From Epiperipatus broadwayi (Eukaryota > Animalia > Onychophora), in assembly GCA_028023455.1 (NCBI GenBank), contig JAQFVV010000009.1:12462001-12526000 (forward strand): DNA of 64,000 nt, given 5' to 3'. Positions 13,205-27,392 of this stretch are shown in pieces (within the stretch, counting starts at the first letter, position 1; each line of letters begins with the position of its first letter). Below the pieces are notes generated by a model, which was not told the DNA's origin, did no database searches, and saw nothing but the letters and a program-made list of their open reading frames with translations. The position numbers and the translations under genes are program-made.

Positions 13205-14010
13205 CTCCAAGTACACCTAAACCTCACTTAGCGATTGCCTACTTAGCGATATTTCACAATAGCCTACTTAGCGATATTTCACAATAGCGATCATCATCAA
13301 TTTGTACCCACTATTTCGATTTACAATCGATTATTCACTTTAATGATAGGAAATTTTTTTAAAAAAATTTTAGAAGTATAAACTTAAAATATATATAATT
13401 AATGAATCTATAATACTATATATTGTACATATAAGTGTTGAACGTGTTTAGAAAAATTAAATTTTATTTAAATATAATGTCTTAAAATATATATAATTAA
13501 TGAATCTATAATACTATATATTGTACATATAAGTGTTGAATGTCTATAGAAAAATTAAACTTTATTTATATATAATGTACAGTATTTGGATTATTTAAAT
13601 AAAGTTTAATTTTTCTAAAGACATTCAACACTTATATTAGGTGATGAAATAGTCCAATATATAAATAGGGTACAGTATTATATGTAAAAATAGTTATTGA
13701 TTTTATTTCTACATTAAAAATGTTGTTTATACCCAAGTGGTTTCAAATCAAAAGAAAAACAATATTTTAAAATGCTAATGTTGAATTAGAAAAAAATTTA
13801 AAAAGAAAAACAGATTGCATTTAAAATAAGTGTTAATGAATATTTTTTTTTTAATATATATTTTACTCCTAAGTTAGTATAATTTTGTAGTTTTAGTAAC
13901 CGGCCAATTTTTTTCCCATAGACCCCCATTATAAATACGTATTCTGTATATGATATTCTTGCTTAACGATGAGTTTTGGAGAACCAATTGCCATCGCTAG
14001 GGGGAGGGGG
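13205..14010. mobile_element. Possible pogo/Tigger-like non-autonomous element containing AT-rich tandem and inverted repeats (13385-13680)
   Basis: Left end acctcacttagcgat with repeated cttagcgat; right end atcgctagggg. The internal ~99-bp tandem pair is related to the 36684-37000 arms. Confidence 0.3.
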
Positions 14011-15870
14011 TAATGTTGTATATAAATTATACTTGTATTCAATCAAAATATTACTTCTTTTAATATTACATAAATATATATTTTTACAAAATAGATGTGT
14101 TTGCAATGTATTCTATATATATATCCAATGATATTAAGTTCATTTCTTTATAATAAAGATGGAGCATTAATTATTATAATTTTTGTAAAGAATTAGATTA
14201 AATCAACTATTTATTACTATTGACTATAAACAAGGGTTGTTGTTTGTCTAATATGACCTTTAACGAAGATTCTTAGATGTCCAAAAATGTGCTTTTTAAA
14301 ATATTTTTTATTTATTGTGTGATATGCCAAGTGAACTTTACGATATGCCTATCATTATTGTATTATTATTAAAAGATTATGTCTCTACCATTTTCTTTTA
14401 GTGGCTTTGTCTAGGTTTTATTCACCACTTAAAATAAACACGTTCTTCTTATATAATCATTCACGTACTTATCAAAATTCATTTTTACATTTTAACTCAA
14501 TAAATATTTATATTATTCTTATTGCTAATAAATAAAAAAATCCAACCGATTTATGTTTTGGATATGTTGAAAGACTAAGAGATAATAGATGTTTTTATAA
14601 AATAATTAAATGACAAGTAAAGAGATGGAAAAAAAGATGGGGGGGGGGGCAGAAAAAAGTCTATTAAATAACACGAAAGTATTTGAAAAATAAAAAATAG
14701 CAGAGAAGAATCTTTAACAACAATTATAAAGTCAATATACTGTAAAAACCTAAACTATATTAACTTCCAAAAAAAAACAAAAATAGAAAGTGAAACTAAA
14801 AACTAGGAAATAGAGAAAATTGTTTTTGCATCCAAAAACTTTTAGGCTTAAAAAAGTAAAAAATGTCAGCCTGTATTACTATGTATATAAGCAAACTTTG
14901 TCACTTAGAACAAGCTGGCAGATTTGCGTGTTAACGGTTGCTGGATCGAATCGATTACCGGCTAAGAAAAATTTCAATTTCATCAATCGAAAGAAATATC
15001 ACTTGATCTTTTTAGCAACTAACCATACGTTTAATATTTATACACACATATTCATTAAATAATTATTATTTCCAGATATAATACGTATGCAGCGCATAGA
15101 AATGTAAAAGTCATACACAGCTGCTATTTATATATAGGGTTTTTGTGTATGTTTTTAGCATACAAATCTAAAAATATAAATGATTGTATTCTTTTGTTAT
15201 AATTTAAGAACATTATAACCTAGAAAATATAGTAATTAATTTAAATGAAGTGTATTCAATACTCTTCTATTAATTGTTATAAATGAGAGTTGATTAACTT
15301 ATTCAGTATAACAGGAATATTGTTTAAAACAATATCATGTCCTTGATGCTAAAAATACCTTCGTCATTCAAGTATGAACTTAATCCATATTGCCATTTAA
15401 AATTATACAATAAGCATTGCTTGAGATATATTCTTTTATATAGATATTCACTACGATGAAATGATATACAGTATATGCAATGGAATTACATATACTGTAT
15501 ATAATTAAATATATTTTAATTATTAATTAACTAATTTATTTTAACAATGGAAAGCATACTTACAGGATTCATGGCTGAAAAATTACTTAACTTTGCTATA
15601 CTAAGCCAATTATATCTTAAATAAATATTTTTGCTTTCAATGACTTTTATTTTTGTGTTGCGTGTATATTTATATTTTTTTATAGATAATCAACTGTATA
15701 AATGAATTATTAACACAAATATTAATAAGAAATATAAATTAATATTTAAAAACGTTGAATTACTGATGTGTGTGTGTGTATATATATTTTTATAATGTTA
15801 TAATTTTTTTTTTTTTCAAATAATATATTTTTTTCTAAAATCCGATGATTTTTTTTTTTTCACGTGTCAT

Positions 15871-15951
15871 AGCATCGGACGAGAATCGAACCCGCTAGCC
15901 CGGAACAACTTCTTGTAAGGCAGTTGTGCTGACCTCTTGACCACCAACACT
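15871..15951 (-). tRNA. tRNA-Val(TAC)-like pseudogene or tRNA-derived SINE head
   Basis: Cloverleaf by eye: acceptor AGTGTTG/CGATGCT (3 G.U pairs), anticodon loop CTTACAA, T-arm GCGGG-TTCGATT-CTCGT, 11-nt variable region. An A12 tract follows 10 nt downstream. Confidence 0.6.
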
Positions 15952-16638
15952 AGACTAAAATCCGGTGTTTTTTTACACAGCTGGTCATTTACCTATCTAG
16001 CTAGTCATTCACTACTGGTTAGTAAGTGAGTATCTAGCTATTATTAGCAAGAGAGTTAAAGTCATAGATGATTAAATGAGTATTGCTACAGTACCTATAA
16101 AAATAAAATATATAATTGTAATATAATGTTGTCTTTGATATTGATTGGGTAGAAATTATTCATAACAACATTGATTCCATGATCAATCTTCATTTTTAAA
16201 TTAATTTGTTTTTACAAATATATTGACACATTTTGATCTCAGCATCTGCAATAATACCATTTATCAATATTAATTGAGTCTTTTACCTCATAGAATGTTG
16301 GGTTGAGATATGCATCTGATAATCCACAAAATAAACTAATATTTTTGTTTTAATTATGAAAGGAAAGAAATGAAATAATTTACTTTCACTTTTTTTTTAT
16401 GTATTTGATTGTATTTTGTTTTGTAAGGTAATGAACTTTCAAAAAATTTATTTCTTAGTGTGCATTGTTTGACAAATTTTCTAAATGCATCTTTTTTTCT
16501 TTGATAACAAGTCATCTTATCTTTTTTTTTTTTTTTAATTGTTTTTTCTATAATAGATTATATAAATATAAAAGGTCCCTGAAAACTTGAATATCAGTTT
16601 TATTAGTTCAGTTTAATAGTGGTATTTATTAATATCAG

Positions 16639-16958
16639 TTATAAGAGACTTGAACTCAGACTTTTAAACTCCCTACTTCTATCTAATCCATCCTATATAA
16701 CCAATACACATGGCCACACACATGTGAAAACAATAAATGATCTCCAATATATGTATTTCATGCTAAAGTAGCATTCATCAGTTGGTCCAGATCACCATCT
16801 TTCACACATATATACAATCAGTGTTCAGTTTATATTAAGATAGCAAATATTGGAGATCATTTATCTTTTTCACATGTATGTGGTCATATGTATCATTTGT
16901 ATAGGATAGATTGGATAGCTGCAGGGATTTTGAAAGTCTGAGTTCAAATCCCTTATAA
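16639..16958. repeat. HHR family 1 fold-back element, copy C
   Basis: Inverted arms 16639-16750 and 16847-16958 flank the ribozyme core and leader. Confidence 0.85.
16738..16794 (-). ncRNA. Type I hammerhead ribozyme (family 1), core intact
   Basis: UGAUCU-GGA-CCAA-CUGAUGA-AUGCUA(CUU)UAGCAU-GAAA-U(ACAU)AUA^UUGG-AGAUCA. Confidence 0.8.
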
Positions 16959-17099
16959 TTACATTAAGTTTAGTACAGACAATATACATGTATTTAAATA
17001 TTAAGAGCAGTTATATTAAGAATATTCCAATCAAGAAACAAACATATAAGTTAAACAGAAACACACAATCCTACAATGGCAATCAGTAAAAAAAAAATT

Positions 17100-17850
17100 T
17101 GCAGATTATTTTTTGCCTATTGCTCATAAGTGATCAAAGAATATTATATGGAGCATCTTATCTCAAGCATAATTATTTGTTACAAAGAAAGCCTATCAAA
17201 TATTCTATTTAAAGCATGAAGAAAGACTGTTTAAGAATTAACACAAAGTCAATAGAATTATAGTTTTCATATTACTTAAGTGCAGCTGGGTGAATTCATA
17301 TGCATGATAGAATCAACCAAAATTTACAAGAAATGCCCTTGTTTAAAGGATAAAAGAATTCATGAATTTAAGTTGCAAAATACTTTATCAACAAGTCATA
17401 ATATGTCAATAAAGAATTCCCATATGGGAAAAAAATTTTTGTTAAATATATATATAGAATAATTTCATACAAAATCTTATATAATAATTTCAGAGCTCAA
17501 TTTTTAAATTGTAATTGATATTTATAAAATTCTCAACTATATTTTAAATAATATTTTAAAACATATATTAAATTAGGAAGTTTTTCTGTTGTATACTGAA
17601 ATAAAATTAATTTAACAATTTACATAACTTAATAATAAAAAGCTTCTTGAACTAGCATTTGAAGTTAGTGTAGACCTGGAAAAATATTTTAATTAACAAA
17701 TCATATCTGTGTTATCATTATATATTAACCTCTAATTTCATTAATTAAATATTTTGTTGCTAAACAATCTTTGCTCTTTATTTTCTATTCAGTAATTTTT
17801 TCATATAAAGGGATTGATGATATTGTAATTAACTATATAGTGACTCATTT
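17100..17850 (+). mobile_element. L2/Crack-like LINE 3' end (post-RT region and 3' UTR)
   Basis: RILYGASY and HEFKLQN..S....MGKKF..NIY resemble the CR1/L2-group C-terminus. A diverged paralog lies at 22140-23010. Confidence 0.45.
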
Positions 17851-17995
17851 TTTCATAAACTGAGAGAATGTGTAGTTCCATCTATGTTTCTGTAGTTGGT
17901 TTATAATAAGTATAGATGTATGTGAAGCTTTATAGATTAGTTGCATTATCCAGAGAATAGATGATGCTTCTATAAATGTTTTTTTTTGGCAATAT

Positions 17996-18553
17996 GTATT
18001 GTACGAAGCGTTACTTCCCTGAGGAATTCTGCTCCTAATCTTGCACTGAGCATAAAGTGATTAAGATTTAACAGGGAAAGAAATGGATACCAATTTAGTC
18101 AATTATCTGTACTCATAACATATTGATACCTCCAGCTAAACTGATAGAGAGAGGGGATTGACAGGACTCTGCCAATTAAAAATCCTTTTAGTTAGTAACT
18201 TTCTCAAATGCCCGAATGTTTATAATCTACGGTAAGTACACATCTTTGAAAAGTCTATTTACTATTAGCTTTGGCGTGCCACTCCTAGAAAAGAATAAAA
18301 ATGAATCTCCCCCCCCCCTTCTAGAAGGTGTGGCTAGCTCAGTACACTATATATCTAGGGTCTTCAATGGGTAAATTAAATGGTTATTACAGGTACGTGA
18401 TTGATAAGGAAAGAGTACATTTTATCAAATAAAATAATATAAAAACAATCAAATTTATATCGTGACTAAATATTTATTGAAATCCCGATATCCACCACCG
18501 ATGTATACTTATAATGATGTAATAAACAAAATAAATAAAAATTATTGTCACAA
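17996..18553 (-). mobile_element. Possible solo LTR
   Basis: On the minus strand it starts TGTGACA and ends near GTACA; CpG-containing and non-coding. TSD not confirmed. Confidence 0.3.
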
Positions 18554-21500
18554 ACCCATATATATTTGATGTGTGAAAATAAATGCAAATTTACATGAAT
18601 ACGAGTAATAATAAACCCTTACAACTATCTACTAATGAATGAAAGTGATATGAGTTTTTACCTGTATAAATAAGTTGTACTTTATGTAGTTTGAAATATG
18701 TTTCTCAAATAAAAGATTTTCGGTTATACAGGCATATACTTTTACTCCGGACTTTAAAACCTGTTTTACTTAAGTAAATATAAAAAAACTATTCATAAAT
18801 ATATTTGCAATATAAAATATTTCATTACATAACTAATAGTAGCTTTCGTATTTTATAACATGTCAATAAGGTTGCACTGACTCAGATACCTTACGGCACT
18901 CAACATGAGGTGCTGTATCTATTTGCCTTTCATGATAGATAAATTCTTATACATATATATATACGTGTAGCACAATTATACATTCACCATGAATAAACCT
19001 TTTGACACTCATCATAAGATGCTGCATTGACAAAAGTAACTTAAAGATATATGGATAAATACATTTTAGACACTCAACATAAGGTGTCGTTTTTACCGAA
19101 TATTAAAGTATATGTGCACCTAAATATACATGTATATTTACGTATGATAATTTTCAGGAGTAACAACAAGAAAAAAAACTGATTGCAACCTTTGCTGAAA
19201 ATACTGGAACTTGGGGGGGGGGGTGAATCAAAAGATTTAAATAAAAGCTATATCATTATGCCTATAATAACCATAAAATCCAATATATATGTGAGAGACA
19301 ACTCTCTCTTTCCTTTTTTTTTTTTTTTAAATGATTAACAATAAGAAAAAAAAAATAAAAATAATATATTTTTAATTATCGGAAATATCAGAGTTAATTA
19401 ATTCAATATTAATAAAATATTTTTAAAATAAACTTATATAGATGTCTTCATCTTTTCCTGACTGTACTTCTGAGTGGGCTTCAAGTCAACTGGCTGTGTG
19501 TTGATCATGGCCGGCTAGAACTGGCATGATCATATCTTGGCAATTTGGGCAGAGCAAGGGTGGTTGCATTGGCTGGTTGTCTACCCCATGGTCATTTTAC
19601 TGGAAGTTCTGGTAGATTTCTCTATATTTTCTATCTGATATAATGCAATAATTATTATTATTAAATTTTCATCTGCTATCTGAATGGTTAATTAAATCCA
19701 CAAGAAAACAAGAGTTCTTAAAAGAACTGCATAATGGATTTCTTTTTAGGGAATATCAGCAATAGTATAGTCCATAAATGAATCTTTAAATAGATGGATG
19801 ACTGGAAAATTCCAGAGCCAAAGTAGTGAAAGACTTAAACAGAACAAATGCCAAAGAAAGAATGAATCCCACAGCACTGATCAAAATCTATCAACTCCAC
19901 TCATAAGAACTAATTCAGGTACCCCCTTGAGAAGTATGAATCAGCTAACCCTTTTATTTTAGCTTATCATTTAGATTATACACATTCCTTTCTATTTTTC
20001 CGATTAAATTCTACATTTTAGAGTTTGATATAATGTTTAATTTCCATCTTGAATTCTCAGACCACTTGATTACAGATATCAATTCAAAAGAATTTTTATT
20101 TTATTTTTCCACGATAAAAATTGAAGAATTTTTATTTTATTTAAAAATAAATAAATAACAATGTAATTATAACATTCGTTATCAAACATTTTGCTTTTTG
20201 ATTAGATTTTTACCAAAGCAATTAACATTTTTTTGATTACTGAATAAAATTACAGTTTTTAGAAAAGTAATTAAAAAAATATATGTACAAGTATGTTGGA
20301 ACAATTACTTTAATTATTTAATTTACGAATATATTCCAACACCGTGATCCATTTGATCAATAAAGTTTGCTTTTCTCCATTTGAGTTTTTCAGAGAAAAG
20401 CAAAATACATAAACATAAAATGACATATAATGAAAATATACAAAAAATAAAAATACATGAGTTTATTATAAGTGTATTTTTGTACAATATTTCTCTGTCA
20501 ATTGAATGTTTACTTTACATTTGTGTGTGTGGGTATTCTATGCTCAGACCCAACTTCCATTATTTATGTGGCACATTTATATATTCGTTGCACTTAATAT
20601 ATACAAATTTACATGTGTACCTGCTGTAATGTTCTTTACAACAGGCTTTGTGTATGGACATTTGATAATGCCTGGCACAGTATATAATTAGATAAAATTC
20701 AACTATTGTAAAACATATATTGAACACATGACAGAATTATATCAAAGTAAGAACTGATCACGTATTATTATAGTGATTATCACAAACACAATTAATTACT
20801 TATTATTTTTTAATTCAATTATATTAAGTTACATATATTTGAAATGACTAGACTATTTATATAATTATTTTCTAGTCAAATATTATTAGAATTCTTGTTA
20901 CCATTATGTATTTGGACATCCTGTTATACTTTTGGTAATGTAAATTGAGATCTAATAAGGAAATTACTGATGGAGAAAATGTTTAAAATAGTGAATGAAG
21001 ATAAAAATTACTTATTTATACTAAATAAAGTTTGGGATAGTATTTCTCAGAATTATTTGCATTAAATACTTGAAATAAAAAATTGAAACAAATATCAAAA
21101 CATCTAATTATGAAATAAAGGATAATTTCAATCCTCATTTAGACTTTATTCCTGGCAATTTATTAGATAAAATATGTGCAATAGCTTTATGCTACAAGTG
21201 ATAAAAACTTGGAACAAAAATACAAAATAAAAAATTAAGTAGATTAAAGTCACTTTGGAAAGTTAAACCTTAATGAATTAACAGTGATTCTGTAATTATT
21301 TTGAATAAGTATTTTTAAAAATGGACTGATAAGATAAAATGAATTCTATTATAGCTGGCAATAAGAATCTTTTCTCAAGAAGAGGAAATGATATGCCATG
21401 GTTTCATTGATTATGATAATGTTTGTCAATATGAAATAACTTAAGTCTTTTATTTTGTTTAATACTTGATTGAACTTTATATATGTATTATTACACCAAT

Positions 21501-22139
21501 AAACTAATGTAAACTCTTACGAAAATATCTTTATTAAATTGTAAAAATTTAGTACTTTCATTTAATTGTGAAAAAAAAAAAATTAAATAATTTATTTCCA
21601 TTCTTTGATAGTTTTAAAAATATTCTATTAGATTTTATAGTATTATTTTAAAACTTTTTTAAATCTATTTAAATATTCTTTCAATTGTATTTTATTTATT
21701 TCAAAGCAATGAATGTCCTACAGACTTGTTTTTAGAAGAGAAATATATCTGCTATTATTAAAACTAATTATATTGTTTATTAAATTTTCTTTTGCATCTC
21801 ATTAAAAAATGTCAATTTGTTATTGTTATTTTAATAACTCATTTTCATTTTTTTGTGTGTGTGTTTTTGAAAGTTGCTACTCCAATAATAGTTGCTTAGA
21901 AATATATTCAGTTTTTATTAGTTACTTCATTAGTAAACATCACATGATCACCATTTCTTATGCTTGCTCATAACTGTTATTAAAACAGGCAAAACTCACT
22001 ATATGTGTAGTGGATTTTACTTCATTAATGGTATTAATAGCAGCTGCAGTTAAAAAAATGTATCTATGAACATAAATGAGGCATAAGCCAAACCATTATC
22101 ATTGTTATCCACAATTCTATAATAAAAATCAGCCAAGAA

Positions 22140-23010
22140 ATATTTAGAGTATTTGCTGCTTGTATCATAAATAACTGAAGAATACTACCTGGAGCATGTC
22201 ATCTCAAAAATAACTACTTAGTTAGAAAAGTTATTGAAAAATCTATTTCATATTTAAAGAAAATACTTTAAGAATTACAGCAAATAGTTTTTTGTCTGAA
22301 TTCAATTGTGTAACTCCTATATACATAGAAACAATCAAAACTATTTTATTTAAAAAATAAAGTCCATAAAGTTAAGCCATCAAGGACTTCATCAACAAAT
22401 TATAACATGCCATTAAAGAATTATCATTTAAGAAAAGCTTTTCTCAAACATGTTTACAGACTATAATTGCAATTATAAGTTGTTCTATTATTTATCATCT
22501 AATATTAATTGCTAAATATTTAAAAAAATCAATATATATATATATAGACTGATTTCATATGGAATTCTAAAGTAAGATAAGACTTTCATAGTTATATTTG
22601 CCTAATTTATCAATACGTTTTAATAGATTTAATAATTTCTGCTTGCAAAGTATATATGATATTCTTAGTTATATTTAAACAATATTTTAAAATATGTATT
22701 AATCAGAATGTGTTTTGTTATGTACTGAAATAAAATTAATTTAGTAATTTAGATATTTTAATATGAAAGTAACATGAGGTAGTACTTGAAAATAATGTAT
22801 TCCAAAAAATATCTTAACTCTTTTTATTACACAGCTATTCATATTCAAATAAATATATCTATCTACTGTTATTATATGTTACCCTTTATTTTTATTTACT
22901 ACATATTTTATTACTAAAATATAGTCTTGTTTTTTTTATTATTAATTATGTAATTAGTGATATTGTGATTAAATAATATACTGACTCATTTTTTTCATAA
23001 GCTAATTAAG
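22140..23010 (+). mobile_element. Second diverged copy of the 17100-17850 LINE 3' end
   Basis: Collinear shared motifs ggagcat.t.atctcaa, tcaacaa.t.ataa.atg.ca.taaagaatt, tactgaaataaaattaattta and tgactcatttttt. Confidence 0.45.
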
Positions 23011-23740
23011 TTCTATAGCATAATAAATATAATGTGTGTCCAGATCTACTAATTATTAACTTTCTCTAGAAAACAGCTGGCTCTATGCATAAATACTTAA
23101 GCCCTTTATTTTTATTGTGATAGATTTGATGTACCCAGGTGATGAATGATTATATGTGATCATCATCATCACTACTAACAAACTTGCTTATCAATTTTTT
23201 AATTCAGTTATATGCAATTATATATATTTGTAACCAACATAAAACCACATATATACATATTTACTTGAAGAAAGCCATCATAATGCTTATTACTATTACA
23301 TATTTGGAAAGCCAATGAGTAGATGTTAAATATCTTTATAGTCTTAATAGCTTAATGTTAAACTTTTTTATATAGCATTACAATATATATATACCCCGGG
23401 GAGTGAAGGAAGTCAAGAATGGGGAGGACACGGGGGGAGGCCGGAACCGATACCCAGGGCTAATATCCGGTTCTTGCTTTCCGCTCTTTCTTAGATAGAT
23501 ATATCTATCTTTATTCTTTGTAATAATAATCTAGCTCAATTAATAATTAGAAATAAATGAAATAAAATCAAATCAATAATCTCGGTCTAAATTTTTAAGA
23601 TTTAAATTAGATAGAAACTATGGAAGGATTTTTGCATAAATTCACTAGACATAATAAAATAAGAATATGATATATAGTTATTCCTTTTCTTCTATGATAA
23701 TATATTTTTGGGGATTATATCGCTCTACGGGTTTAGTTAT

Positions 23741-23747
<7 letters not shown>

Positions 23748-23810
<63 letters not shown>
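23748..23810. repeat. (AT)n microsatellite
   Basis: Directly visible. Confidence 0.95.
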
Positions 23811-23813
<3 letters not shown>

Positions 23814-24780
23814 TTTGCAAAAAATAATAAGATCTAATCCTAGTTATGAGAGTAGTATCTAATGATTTCTGTATTTGTTTTCAGAAAATTTTTAAAAATC
23901 AATTTAGTCAATTAATAATTAAACTATTAACATTTGGCCTTTCACTTGATATTCTGAGAAACTGACTTTAAATAAATATATGATAATATCACCTTTTATT
24001 TATTGACTTTTGGAATCAATAACCTGTATTCTACATAGTTGGCAAATAAACAATAAGAATATCAATAGTCCTGAAAAAAAAATAGCTCAGCAAAAATTTC
24101 TACATAAGTTTTTACAATATATATATATTATAACCATGATAACTGACCAAAGAGTTCTGGAACAAAAGAAAACTTAATATCAACTGTATCACATTGGACA
24201 CCAAAAACCATATTCCAAATGTGACCTTACAATCAAGGTGATGGGGTGCTAGGTCACACAGGTAGGCACCATATAACATAAATTTTTGAAATATCAGAGT
24301 ATGAGTCCTTTTATAAACAACACCATGGCTAAATATAATTACTAAATACAATGTTCTGATATTATATCAAATTTTATCTCAGGTTTAATGTTATCTTATT
24401 TGAAATGTAGGTCCTTTTGTATTTAAAATATCTTATCTTAGATCTTAAAATATCTTTATCTCAAGATTCAAATTCAGACTGAAATACACTTGGAACAAAA
24501 ATGCTAATGGTAATAATTTTTTTTTTTTTTTTAAATGTAATAGCTATTATTTAAACTATACATAGAACATTTTGTATTCTATTTTAACTTTATCCTTGTT
24601 GATTTCATTAAAATAACTATTTATTTGACTTGACTGTTATTATTAAAATTTTATAATCTAACGTACATGTGCATATGGGTATTTTAACATAAAAGGATAA
24701 CATATTTACTGTTTATTAATTAAAATTATATTTTTTTTTATAGTTTGATATTGCACATAAACAAATGAGCTTAATAAGAT

Positions 24781-26670
24781 TGTAAGCTACCCTTACATTA
24801 TATTAACACTCTCCTTTCGTTATTGTTTAATTTGTTATAATAAATAATTATATATAAAATGACACAATCGTACACTAGTTTTATTTTTCACTATATGACT
24901 GGTTTATGAAAAGGGGAAATTCTCAGACATAGCAGAGTGACACAGTTTGATAACTCAGAAACCATAACTAGAGTGGTGCACTTTGTAAACTCAGTAGAAG
25001 AAACTAATTAATTATGGTGGCTTTTAATTCAACAATTGATGAGTTTGACATAAATAATGTTGACTCATCGAAAAGTCATATTGAACAGGTGGAATATTAT
25101 ATGTTTATAAACAAGATTTATGACAACCATTATAAAATCTCCACACTTCTGTATTTTGCAGGACAAGACATTATTCAATTGGCTAATAGGCTTATTGAGC
25201 CAAAATGTCTGGAGGACTTACCATATCAAGAGTTTATACAAATATTAAATAAATATTTTGCTCCAAAACTTTCAAAATGAATAGCCCAGCTTACTTAGGC
25301 TAAGAAATAGGATGTAGTTGCCACAAGAAAAATATATGGACTTTGATTTAGCATTAAGAAAGTTAGCTAAAGGCTGCAATTTTGGTCCAGAAATAAATGA
25401 CTCTCTACTGGAGCAATTTTAGTATGGGATAGCTGTCAATAATTTTAGAAAGGTTTTATTGAATGATCAGGATTGAATGTATAAAAGTGTCATAGATAAA
25501 TGGGTCACACAAGAAACCATGTTAAATATAGCTTCGGAATATACCAGGTCTCAATCTCCTGAAAAGATTTCATTCATTAAAAAAAAGAACATCCTGATTC
25601 CCAGGAGGCAGATTAAACAACAAAAATGAACTTCTTGTAGGAAATCAGGACATGTAAAAAACATTTGAATCAGCTAAGAAAAAGTCAGATTATTTAAATG
25701 TTGGGGAGATGAGGAATATAGAAAATCATTTATTAAAACTGTAAATAATAGCAATGCTAAAATGGATCACATTCTTTTAGATTTGCAAATTTGTGGTAAA
25801 CGGGTCATAATGGAAATCGATAGTGGTGCCAGTTGTTGTTAATCACTCATAAAGACTGAATGAGGATTATAGAAGAATAAATTTGTGGTAAACGGGTCAT
25901 GATGGAAATCGATAGTGGTGCCGGTTGTTGTTAATCTCTCATAAAGACTGGATGAGGATTATAGAAGAACATAAAAATAAGTTTGGTCTACATAAAACAA
26001 ATGTCAAGGTAACAGATATAAATGGCAATAAAGTTGACATTCAGGGGGAAATTACACTTCCAATAAATGTTAAATTCTAGGCAAAGATTTCTTGTGTTGT
26101 AAGTTGTAAATAAAAATATTAGCCCATTACTAGGAAGAAACTGGTTTGCTCCCTTAGGAATTCACATGAATATTTTAAAGATTGTTGTTAATCTCTCATA
26201 AAGACTGGATGAGGATTATAGAAGAACATAAAAATAAGTTTGATCTACATAAAACAGATGTCAAGGTAACAGATATAAATGGCAATAAAGTTGACATTCA
26301 GGGGGAAATTACAGTTCCAATAAATGTTAAATTCTAGGCAAAGATTTCTTGTGTTGTAAATTGTAAATAAAAATAGTAGCCCATTACTAGGAAGAAACTG
26401 ATTTGCTCCCTTAGGAATTCACATGAATATTTTAAAGATTGTTCATGTGGAAACTATAATAAAAAAAAGATATCCGGAATTGTTTACGCCTGGATTAATC
26501 AGATCTTACAATGGGACCAGTTAACATGGAACTGATAAAAGAAGCAAAAGTTATTGTATATAAATCCTATAAGTGCCTTTTGCATTAAGTGATAAAGTAG
26601 AAAAACAATAACAGATTTTGTGGCTACAGGAGTTTTAACACCTATTGAAGATTCATCCTGGGTTAAGCAT
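24781..26670 (+). mobile_element. Ty3/Gypsy (K02A2.6-like) retrotransposon 5' part: candidate LTR, gag, protease, start of RT
   Basis: Candidate LTR TGTAAG..CAGACA at 24781-24929 and PBS-like TAGCAGAGTGA. Gag ORF 25014-25280 (..ILNKYFAPK), then LRKLAKGCNFG. Protease MEIDSGA at ~25812 and again at ~25902. Ends at GVLTPIEDSSW. Internal tandem duplications of ~92 and ~257 bp. Confidence 0.85.
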
Positions 26671-26699
26671 ATATTTTTTTGCTTTCCAGTATTATTTTA

Positions 26700-27351
26700 A
26701 GGTGTTTAGGCATTGCTATATGCTTCAGTGTATTTCTTGAAGTGTGTGCAAATGTCAAGAGCAGATCGACTGATTATAATTCTCTTGTGCAGCTTACCAG
26801 CTAAGGCTAGCAGTTTAGAGGGTGTCAGGGTAATATACATGATGTGGTTGATATTAAATGATAATATGATTAAAAATGATATATAATGCTGTACTGGATC
26901 GAGAGGCATGTCTTTGATTTTAAAAAGCATGATGTACATTTCCAAGTATAGAAATTCAGTGGTTCAGGCAGGGAGAAGGATTCTCATTGTTTTGTGTAAG
27001 TGAATTGATGAGGTGCACATATAATTGAGATTAAGTACAAGAATTTGAGCAGAGCAATAAGAGAATGGTGAAAGATGAAAGGTTAGGTTGATTTGATGAT
27101 GAAGCATAGGAGAGTAAAAACACAAATCTATGAGGAAATCATGACAGTTGTTGTGGAATAAAATTGAGTTATGTGGCAGAAATCCTTCAGCCCTCATAAT
27201 CCCCTTGTAAGATGACTGAGTAGGGAAATGATGTGAGCAGTGAGGTAATATTGAATATTTTATTTGCTATTACTGTAGAACCAGGTGGTATGTAGACAAA
27301 TATTATAGTAAGAGTAATACTGCAGTGGTGAAATGTGACAATAAGTAAATT

Positions 27352-27392
<41 letters not shown>

